From: Tubiluchus corallicola
Lineage: Eukaryota > Animalia > Priapulida
DNA: 64,000 nucleotides
Direction: 5' to 3'
NCBI GenBank assembly: GCA_030141605.1
Contig: JAQGDQ010000011.1
Location: forward strand, 740,066 to 804,065
The notes below the pieces were generated by a model, which had not been told where the DNA came from, did not search any database, and was given only the letters and a program-made list of their open reading frames with translations. Position numbers and translations under genes: made by a program. Of the stretch, positions 1 through 10,100 are shown one piece after another (within the stretch, counting starts at the first letter, position 1; each line of letters opens with the position of its first letter).

Positions 1-177
1 TTCAACACAAATTTGGCAGAGGAGTATGAGTTGTTAGTAGATCATTATGGATTCAGCAAACAACAGTTGTATGAGCTCTCCTATGGTAGCATTGATTACA
101 CCTTTGCAGACGAAGTCGTTAAAAACATTCTGAGACAGCTGTGGACGGAAGCCAAGGCAACACTGGACTTTTCTTGA
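1..177 (+). CDS. ADAL: Terminal coding exon (5'-truncated by window edge) of adenosine deaminase-like protein / N6-methyl-AMP deaminase
   Basis: Frame +1 reads FNTNLAEEYELLVDHYGFSKQQLYELSYGSIDYTFADEVVKNILRQLWTEAKATLDFS* (TGA 175-177). This matches the ADAL/MAPDA C-terminal pattern as I recall it (F.T.L.xEY.....F.....xxxLS..SI.Y.FA......LR..W), which follows the DDxG motif. Not in the ORF track (no start codon, <60 aa). Confidence 0.85.
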   Translation, partial: FNTNLAEEYELLVDHYGFSKQQLYELSYGSIDYTFADEVVKNILRQLWTEAKATLDFS

Positions 178-760
178 TGGCTGCGCTAGTGTCTATAAAC
201 TTAGAAAAGTTTGTGATAATGAGTAGTTGGCCCTGTGCTTGATCATTACAGTAGTACAGAAATCTCTGGATATGCTCCCATGAATGCAAAACAAGTGGCT
301 TCATTCTCTTTAGGAAAAAAGTTAAATTCTGTAAATTCCCGAATAAGTTTAGTTTGATCGTTCTTTGAGGCAACATTGTTATATGAAGAGACTATTTATT
401 TAAATAAAGAGAAAAAATATAAACTATAAAAGGAAACACGATTACTTTTCTTCTTTGCTGATGTTACAGTTTGGCTTTTTTGAGCATGAGATCGATTGCA
501 GGGACATGTCAAGATATTACAACGACCATCTCTGTTATGGATTTGTGGTTGTGTGTATATGTGATGAGCTATGCACATGGTTTCATTAGTAGCACTATTA
601 CCTAGGACTTACATGGTTGTTGTTGATTACATATATTAGTGTAGTTCTTATATATTACAAGGATGCACAAGAAGCGGATTCAGTAACTGCTTGTGGTGTG
701 TTATAAAATGTGCACTTTATGTGACTATGAAAGGAGAATAAAGTTTTTTAACAGTTGGCC
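178..760 (+). other. Probable ADAL 3'UTR with two candidate polyadenylation signals
   Basis: AATAAA at 403-408 and 737-742, the second followed by a T-rich tract; the end coordinate is approximate. Confidence 0.5.
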
Positions 761-1737
761 CTTAAAATCTGGCACCTCTAAAATTTGGTGCCCTAAGATA
801 CGGCCTAGTTAGCCTATTGGCGAATACAACAATATTCCCTATATTGTTGGCCAGAAGACATTTTCATTTTCACTAAGCAACAACTTTCTAAAATATTATT
901 ATTCTAATCTGTTTAGTGTTTAGCGACTTTATAGAATCATTTTGGTTTGTACACTGCATAGATTTCTTGTAATTATGCAAGTAGATTCATTGTGAATTCT
1001 TGAAACTACATGTAATAGTTTTGTTGACCAGTTAGTGTATGGCTAACTAATTTTTTCCATTTATCTTAGTTTTCGTTCAAACTGTTTTTAAGTCACTTTT
1101 CTACCACAGTCGGTATTAAAAATTACTGTAATTAATGCATTATAATCTAGCTAGACTAGCTGGTGGATAATGTAATGAGTGTAATTTTAAAATTGCTGCT
1201 AGCCACGGGCTAAAAAGTTTATATTTTAATTGAAAAGGTCTCATCAGAACGAAATCTGTTCAAACTGCAATTATTTATAATGAATTTTTGTTAGTGAATG
1301 TGGTGTCAGCGTTTTATGGGGTTTATCATGTTATAACAATACAGCATAGTATGTGTGCTGCATTTATGTAGTATATCCTGTTTTATCAAGTTGTAGTTTT
1401 TCTTGTGGGGTGCATTAGCATCCAGGATTATTGACATTGGGTGTAAGAATGAAGTATCAAATTTCTTTAATAAATAATAGGCTCTGTATTCTGGATTAAT
1501 GTTCAATGGCTTTTTATTGACAAGATGGTTTTCTTATGGTTTAGCAACTTTATCAAATATTAATCTAGATTTGTAAAAGATTAACAGCTCTTACATGAGC
1601 AGTAAATTAGTTACCTAGTTATTATGGATATTTACGACATATTCGTCATTTCATCTGGTTTTTTGTCGTGCTTAGTCGACAAAAAAGCGAGACTTGAAAT
1701 CTTTGTTTCCTAGTATGGAAAAAGAACCAGCATTTTA

Positions 1738-1960
1738 AACTTTCAGTTGACCTACTTTCAATTTTACCCGCTAGATGGCGCAAAGCGTATTCCATCAACA
1801 GTATCCTCTCAGTCGTAGTTGCTTATTATCGGTTTCGCTTATAGCGAACTTTCAGTTGACATAGTTTTAATTTTACGCGCTAGATGGTGCAACACGTATT
1901 CCATGCACATAGTATCCTCTCAGTCCTAGTACTTTTTTATTATCGGTTTCGTTCATAGCG
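1738..1960. repeat. Imperfect tandem duplication, 2 x ~110 bp
   Basis: Copies 1738-1846 and 1847-1960 both begin AACTTTCAGTTGAC, share CGCTAGATGG, AGTATCCTCTCAGTC and TTATTATCGGTTTCG, and end ATAGCG. Confidence 0.92.
1768..1890 (+). promoter_or_regulatory. Two CTCF-like motifs, one per repeat unit
   Basis: CCGCTAGATGGCGC (1768-1781) and GCGCTAGATGGTGC (1877-1890) resemble the CTCF core CCASYAGRKGGCRS; they lie between ADAL and KDM3. Confidence 0.35.
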
Positions 1961-3175
1961 TTACGCTGTGGTTGCTGCCTGTATGTGCATTTTTATTAAT
2001 CAATCATTTCTTTCCTAGAGTAGACCTACTATACATTTCATATGGCGCATTAAATTGTGAGAGGTAGATATTGCAATTTGACCCAGGTAGTTTATGCCAT
2101 TGCTTGCTTACTGTTCAGCCAGTGCAAATAAATATAGACTGATATTGTTATGTTCGTTTTACCAATAACTGATTCACTTTGTTCAATGATTAGCTCTTAC
2201 CTGTGCACGCACACTTCGTTATGACGTAGCTAATCATACAAAACTGGGCATACTAAACTTACCTGAAACAATGGCGCACCATAATGCCTTACATAGTATA
2301 CGTGACACTCAGCAGTGTAGTATTATTGTTTCACGTTTGCTTTGTTAATCACGTGAATACAACAGGGAACAGACAGATTGTAGATGGATAGAAATTATGT
2401 ATAATAACCAAATATACAGTGTACACTATTTAAAATGATGAAATGTGCAGCATACTAGTCAATTACATATTATTTGACAATCTGAGAAAATATCAAGCTT
2501 TTCTTTACGTTTGTTTAATTGAGCAAACTACTACTAGCCCCCACTACTGTTTTTAATACCAGTTCAACATACATCCACTTTTTTCTAAAAAAATGCCAGT
2601 AACTTTTTTAATTTTCGTAAAAATGAAACTTGTCTATAATTGTTTTGTGGACCTCACTGTGCCAATTCAATTTTTAGTTGAATTGAATGGTATTTTAAAT
2701 GCCTTTAGCGCTAAACATTTTTATTCCAAACGTTGAAATGGCAACCATAAGACATAGCAGTGATGGTTGCCTTGATGGCTGCATGATTGAATATGATACG
2801 ATAGGGCAATAGATAAACCTGTAATACATTGTGAAAAAGTACCACATTCATTTGCCAACGTGAATTTTGCCTTGGTTCCTGGTCAACTGTTCTTAAAAGT
2901 ACGATGCATAAACAAACTACCAATGACTAACTATGTTTACTTTAAGTGAATGATACTAGTATATTATATCGCTACTTCAGTACAGGCAAGCTTAGGTTTA
3001 GCTTTTAGTAATGGAACGAAACCAGGAACTACTGAATTTTTAAAACCAGAATGAAAAGCAGAAGATGTGAAAAGAATTGCCTCTGAATTTGAACTGGGGA
3101 TTTGTAAATAGGCTGTACTCAATCCTATGTCAGTTAGACTTCAGAGTTCACTGTGACCCTGGCAGATCGATTTTA

Positions 3176-3296
3176 GGACACTTGGGCCTGAGGCATCTGG
3201 GCTCCAGGCAATTTGAATGCCAAGCATTTGGGTTCCACAATCCACACAATTGGGCTCCCGATATTTGAGGTCCAAACGTCTAGGGCCCAGATATCC
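3176..3296. mobile_element. Short non-autonomous element relic with ~15-bp internal repeats
   Basis: Degenerate units GGACACTTGGGCCTG / AGGCATCTGGGCTCC / AAGCATTTGGGTTCC / CACAATTGGGCTCCC, plus an inverted unit GGGCCCAGATATCC at the right end. It accounts for the spurious ORFs 3077-3268 and 3141-3335. Confidence 0.45.
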
Positions 3297-3799
3297 AAAA
3301 ACCCGCAGATACAGCAGCACACCAGCAATTTGCAAATGTGGTAGATAAGCATTTTAAATGCAGAGTCGGTTAAGCATACTTTTCACATTTCCTGTCTTCC
3401 AATCGAGTTTGAATCAAAAATTCTTTAATAATTAATAGTTTGTATAGTCATTTCACCGTACGCCAGTAAGCTTGAAATGAAGATGAGAAATAAATTAAGT
3501 TGTTAGTCTTAAGAAATTAATCCTGTTATAATTAGAATTGTGGTAAATAATAATAACAATCATAACCAACTAAATATTAATAAAATTAGTGACTGGTATC
3601 AATAATTTTGAACGTTTATATAATAATCTCTGTTTGGAGATAGCTATTCACTCATCATCAACAGATTCAATTTTTATTTTATAATGCGCATTTCAATGAC
3701 TGCGGAGTATTAACCATCACTAGGTCTGACAAGTACATACAGTACCAAGTACTACATAATGATAATCATGCACATTAAATGTTGAGCATTCCATTATAC

Positions 3800-4020
3800 A
3801 GCACAAATTGTTTTACTGAATGTAGGCCTGCGCGCAACGTTATGCTCAACGCATGACCCTGTGACCCATTCTGAGTGCAAGTAGTGGCGGAGTGATATGC
3901 TACACATACAACTCGACTACCGTGTACAATGTAGGTAAGTTCGCTTGCTCTGATTTTGCTTCGGAATTTTTGGACATTTAAACGTTTTAAACTCAACAAA
4001 ATGGATATGCAATAGTTGAT
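3800..4020 (+). promoter_or_regulatory. Promoter / 5'UTR region of the KDM3/JMJD1C gene
   Basis: CpG-containing, GC-richer segment directly upstream of ATG 4021. It includes TGACCCtgTGACCC (3854-3867) and a consensus donor AG|GTAAGT at 3934/3935. The TSS cannot be determined from sequence. Confidence 0.5.
4001..4015 (+). other. Upstream ORF MDMQ*, out of frame, ending 5 nt before the main ATG
   Basis: aaaATGGATATGCAATAG, with a strong Kozak-type context (A at -3, G at +4). Confidence 0.5.
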
Positions 4021-4176
4021 ATGGCGTTCAAGTATCGTGAGGAAATCGTGGGAAAGCGTTTTTTGTGTGTTCCGAACACCGGAAAGCTGAAATTGAGTCG
4101 ACTTTCTGATTGGGATTGGAAAGCGGGCGTGATACGAGCGAGTTCGCACAGGGATACGAAAACTTCTGAACTATCG
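4021..4176 (+). CDS. JMJD1C: First coding exon of a KDM3/JMJD1-family JmjC histone H3K9 demethylase (most similar to JMJD1C)
   Basis: MAFKYREEIVGKRFLCVPNTGKLKLSRLSDWDWKAGVIRASSHRDTKTSELS matches the JMJD1C N-terminus as I recall it (R.ELVGKRFLCV...WRAGVIRA.SHRD....L.). The exon ends at a phase-0 donor TCG|GTATGT (4176/4177), just where the V.VEFDD motif of the next exon is expected. In an invertebrate this is probably the single KDM3 co-orthologue. Confidence 0.92.
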
Positions 4177-7100
4177 GTATGTGACTTTCTAATGTTTATT
4201 CTTTAGTTTGTTTATAATAATATTCTTTTTATCATAATTAGAACTTCGCGATATTTGCTAGTGTTTGTCTTAATTTACTTATGTTATAGTATAATCTATT
4301 TTCTTTTAAACTTATAATACTGTAGAATTATACTTTACTGTACGTTTTATTATTATGCATGTTGCAACACTAACAAGCCTACCTGATATTGTGTAGGCCT
4401 ATATCAAAATAAGCTGTAATTAGCCATGTATCCAGTTTTTATTTCATATTGTTTTATATTAATATTATTTGCCGTTCTGAAGTAGTACAGATATTTGAAT
4501 TTGACCAGCTAATTATTTTAGATAGCTGACTACAAGAATCTTCTCTGTTACTGTTGTCACTTAAACTTAATCCGCTATTTAAAATATATATTGGTCGTTT
4601 GTGGACTCATTTCTGAAAAATGCAAGCATACGGTCTAATTTTGAATAGCAGACAGTAGCTGTGGAAATTACTACACTAGCCGATGGTAGACTTAACACGT
4701 TTTCGTAATTTATATTCACATGCTGTACATGCAGTATAAATTGGAAGTACAATAACGCATTTTATTTTGAACACTTGTGAAGCGAACATATTGAAATCAA
4801 CATCGAGTGTTCTAAAGTTGATGCAGGGAACTACGGCATGATTGTTACACGTGTTAACAAGCTGGACATAATTGAAGAATTTTGAACAATGAATAATTTG
4901 CAACGTGAATGAGTTGTTAAAAAGTTGCACTAAAATTCTTTTAAACTGCGTTTCCCAAATTGGTGGTATAACTGGCATTTATTCAGTATCGTTTCTTTAA
5001 ATTATCATTTCCTGGAATTGTGTTGAGTAAAGTGTTAGAGGATTCGGCATTTTCGAGATACAAAAATCTTCGTAGCTTCATTTGTATTGTGCTGAACTGT
5101 TTATTAAAAATTTCATTCAAAATAATTCATTTTGATATTGACGTACAAAAAAATTAAATAAAAATATGTATTCTACGGGTTAGGCAGCGCATAAAACAAA
5201 AAACAAAGACTAACATATACCTACGCAGAGTACCGGGTGTTAAAGGAGAGACAGTATTTCGTGAAATTTCGATATTGACAAAATTTAATCTTTTTGGTAT
5301 TAAATGTATGTACAGTGTGCGTATTAATTCTCTGTTACGTATCTGGGGTATAGTATGTGGTTACTGGAGGTGTGTGTTGACGTGTGCTTATCGGTGTAGA
5401 TATAGCGTTACTGTAGCTAATGTTTATTGCCTACAAACGTTTTGAAAATGGGTTACTATTTGACCTCGGGGGTTTAGAAATATTATTAGTTCATTTAGTT
5501 TGAGAATAGTTTTGTGCGTAAAATGTGGGTAAATGCATGGAACTAGGGACTGGTAGCCTTCAGAAATATTGCGACGAGCATTTCGCAATCAAATATCGTT
5601 TATGATTAAAAAATGAACTTATTAGTGGAGGTAAGCGAATTCCACGTAGTTCAGTCATCGGGCAGAGACAGTCCTTGCTTGTAACTTTGCTTATAAGTAT
5701 AATTATTTACATATTTTAATGCACAAACAAACGATTTATTGTGAGTGAGGTTATAATATTGTTGCGTTTTCCGGTCAGCGTGTTCTGTGGCATAAATAAT
5801 AAATTTATCACTTAGAGGTAATTTGTCAAAGCAAAACTTTCGTATACATTTTAGTTTAAGTTAATTGAATATAATTGAAAATGCCAGAAGTTACTTAATT
5901 TGGCACGTTGCCAAATTTGTTATTAATAGTTAGTATGCAAAAAGCAGTCTTCTAAAAAATACATAAAACCCTCTTGAAAGTAAAACCCTTTATTGTTTCT
6001 TTTGGTTATCAGGTTTTTGAGCTTTTTTGATGGGCTTTTTGATTTGTTTCATGTTGTTTTGCTTTTAAAAATGGAGCAGTTTTGTTAGTTTGTGTATGTG
6101 TGAAACGTGTATAAAATAAAATTATAAATCAATAATTTTTTGAAATTAATCTATGAATAATTTTCACAGTTGTACATTTTTGCAGCTGTTATAATAAAAT
6201 ATATAATTTTTCTAAATGAATTTGGTGACTCTGTGCCTATTATACCTACGAAATGATAGTAATACGAAAAGGTGTTATGGTTCCAAATTTTTAGCACAAG
6301 TCAGTGTTTCTGCAATTTCTGCCATAATTTTTTATTCACGCGTTATAGAAAACCTTATACCAAAGTTTCGAAAATAGATGGCTATAAGGACAAAACGTTG
6401 TGTAATGCGTAACAATTTGTTAACTAAGAGATCGGTGAGAAAGTTGCAGTGATTTCATGTTACATTTTATAGTTACCTATTAATTCTGAGTATTGTTACA
6501 ACACACGAAATGTAGTGTACGTTTATGTGTTTTAATTATTCTTAAATAGTTCAATTGTAAATTTGAATCTTTACATGTTTGCAGTCTTTGTATTGCTAAA
6601 ATCGTGATAAAAAGGACTATAACTAATTTGTTGTATAGTGAGAAATGAGCTAGTTTTCCTGCTGAGGATAATTACTGTAGCTACAGTATCAACTTAACAG
6701 CTCGTACATTTGATACCTCACAATCCAGTACACTACCGTCTACTTTTCGTACTGTATCTTACCACCTGTAGCACCTTCTGACATACATGTACATAAACTT
6801 GTTAATATGATGAGTTACTTGGCGATTTAGTGAATCATATCTTTGGTGATGTTGCTGTGAAACCGGTGCAGCTTGTACAGTGTTATACTCTATATCCCTG
6901 GTAATTCAATAGCTGAGCTCGAATAAATTTAGCAGCGCTTGTGCTGTCTTAGTTTCTACAGTAAACAAACCCGTAATTTCAGAAGTCGCCAGGGAGCACG
7001 ACGCATTTTCCCAGATAATCCGCTGCCTACATCTAGCTGTACGAGATTAATAAGTGCAGTTTACAAGTTGTTTTCAGTTCCATATAAAACTCGGCTAAGC

Positions 7101-10100
7101 TGAGGTGACTATTTATCCCAAATAAACCAGTATGACAATCAGCATTCAGCAAGAAGTAAATACTGGACAAATGTAATAATTATTCATAAGTCCATTTCGT
7201 TTTTACCTGTTTTGGTTAAAATGAAAATTAAGTTATTTATTACCCGCGCTGCCTGATGCAAGATTATACACCCAGTTTACATATTGATTAAAAAATAAAA
7301 ATAGTCACGTTAATTGCCAATATATCATTGGTGTTGGAAAGTATTTATTCTTATTTCAGTTCTCATTGCCCAGTGCATTTATTAAATCATTTAATGATTT
7401 CTAAAATAAGTTTTTCTAAATTCTAATATTTTGAGATTTCTGGGCGATTGTAGTTGTATAATGATTTAAGGTAGAATCTGGCGAGCTTTGAAAAAAAAAC
7501 CTGACCCAAATACCGTCTGTAACTGTAGAAAAATCTCTGCCTTTTCCTGTTGAGGATATCTTCAGGGAGCAAATTTGTGGTTGCAAAGAACCGATTTGTA
7601 TCGATCAGCCGAAAATTTGTAAAAATGCATTAATTAATAAATTATTTATAACGTTAATTTTGAAGATTGCTTTGTGTACAAGACTTTATTCAAATATTAA
7701 GTGATTTCTTTACTGTTTATTTATAACTAAATTTATTCTTTTAACTCTAACTGAGGAAAAAATTTTGTTTGGTCAGTTCAACACTTTGAATCATACAGTT
7801 TTTGCTTGGTACTTCAAAGACATTTTGTTGTTGACATTTTGTATTAATAATTATTTGTAATTTGTTGTACAAATGCACTCGAGGTTCGCACTATCGAAAA
7901 GTAATTACGGAAGATATACAAAAACTGAACTACACTTTAAAATTGATACGAGTTGCATAATACTTGGCGTTAATGTCACTGAATGATTCAAAATCAAATT
8001 AAAGTGATTTTACATGTTAATGTTTTGTACAGTAAGTTCAATGAGTAATGCCAATATCGACTGTTCACTATTCAAGAGTTTGCTTTAGTGGTGTACCTTA
8101 AGGTTGGTCCTTACTTTTGTTATTCCTAGTCTCCTGCTGTTGTTTACACGTTGCTAAATTGCTTGCCGGGTTCTTGGTGCATCTACCCCTAGCATTTGCT
8201 TGCTTACATCAAGCCAAATACTGCATGCTTTTCAACTACGTCTGTTATGCATGTTATGGTTCAAGGCTGCTGCCCAAGTGTTTTGTTTGCCGTGTTTTAT
8301 AGATAAACTGGCTTGTACAATAACACGTTTCAATTCACTTTGTACCTTTTAGTATTACATTTGGATTCCTTATACTAAATTTCACTGTTTAGCTGTGTTA
8401 TTTTACTTATTTAAGAATGAACCATTTGTAACCCGATTGCCGCTGGTTTGTGGAAAAGCAGTTTTAACCAGAAGTGGAAATCTTCCAGTTTTAAAATACC
8501 TGATTCTGGGTTTTTCTAAAAAATTGAAATAGTGCAATTGTGGGTATGACTGGCTCAAGAAGCAACATGCTCTTCGACTGCCTGATTTCAATGACGTCAC
8601 TTCTAATTGATGGCTTCAGTGCTAATTGATGTTTAATGACAATTTATCTAGGTAATGTGCAGTTTAAACTGACTGCAGCTAAGACAGTTTTGACAGGCCG
8701 CAATACCGTGCTTAAAGTCGTGCGTATTGTGTACACTTTTTACTGCTTTTGCTGATTTGTCTTACTAAACGTAGTTTATGTTATGTAGTAACTGTAAAAA
8801 CTAAGTTTTCAGTTTGGAATGACTTAGTGAATGGAAAATATTTCAGCACTTATAAACAGATTCTGTAATGCGTACTTCGCTTGCAAAAATTCATTAACCT
8901 TCGTTTTTGAATTAAGTCCGGTAAATAAATAAATTTTCATAAAAATGCATTTTGAGAGTTGTATTAAGAATTATATAGCATTTTAAATTTTTACTTAGTT
9001 CAGTTGATTTGTTATGTATAACATAATTAACATAGGCCTGGCTACTGTGCAATGATTAAAACTGAACTTGCAACATTAAATTTGCATGTAAACTTGTGTA
9101 ATTAAACTTGTATAATTAATTACATGTAAACTTGTGTAAATAAGTAAACTATTACTTAGGCGGTATTAAATTTTACTTTTTGCATAGAGAATTGATATAA
9201 TGTTCCTTGGATCACGAGTGAGTATTTTAGTTTTGGCTTGTTTAAACTGATTATTTCAAGCGTTATGAATCTGTTTATGGAATTACCATTTTTTTCATCA
9301 GTCTTACAGTAATCAGTAATTTCTGAACACTAGTCTCGTGCTCAAAATGAAGAAATCAAGGTATACACTTACAAGTACACATTATATTTATAGTTTGTAG
9401 TGCTTTGTACAAAATGTTACAAAACCTGTTCAGAACACATACAAGTAACTTATGCCAATAAAATTGCTAAGAAAGTTCAAAATTGTGCCAAAGCCGCATA
9501 CTGTAGTCGTTCAATAGATTGTAAACAAACAGAGCTTGTTCTGAGAGAACAGAAATCATGGGCTAAGTTCAAATTACAGTACTTAGTCTATATTCAAAAT
9601 GTGGGTTAAACCCGTGTAACTGATGCAGCTTCAAGGCCTTATACCTATAGGCGGTGCGTTTGCCAGGCGTAGCGGATGTGTTTTTACACAAGTTTGTGTA
9701 CAAGAATCTTGGCGACATTTTAGAAAACTTACTTTTTTTAAAGGTGGGCATTCGATAAAAACCTTTACTGCCAGTTTCTTGCTTGGTACTAAAGTGATTA
9801 AAGGTTATCCACAATTCCAAATTCTTGGCTCTAATTTGAAATGTCTTCCAGTCGTGCTTTGTACACTGTATATAAGACTTGTAAGCTTAAAATACATTGT
9901 GCTGGTTTATTTGACTTTTCTGTCTTTTGAGAAGGCATGCCTATGTTGATATCTTTGACGGGGCCTTTTTCTGGCGTTTTTAACTTTTTATATATGCCAA
10001 ATGATTGGCGCGAATAATTCAGAATCGCACCTCAAAAATGTAAGAAAAAATCAGACCTCGCTGTTTTGCTGTTTTGGGATATTGCGTTGAACCATTGATG

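Noticed and set aside
713-780. miR-153 gene on the minus strand
   Set aside because: Seed mismatch and no hairpin; retained only as a possible target site on the + strand.
4177-4206. C-terminal VCDFLMFIL* of the listed ORF 4021-4206
   Set aside because: Read-through into the intron; similarity to JMJD1C continues only via splicing at 4176/4177.
5998-6015. miR-9-like TCTTTTGGTTATCAGG
   Set aside because: Partial match, with no complementary 3' arm.
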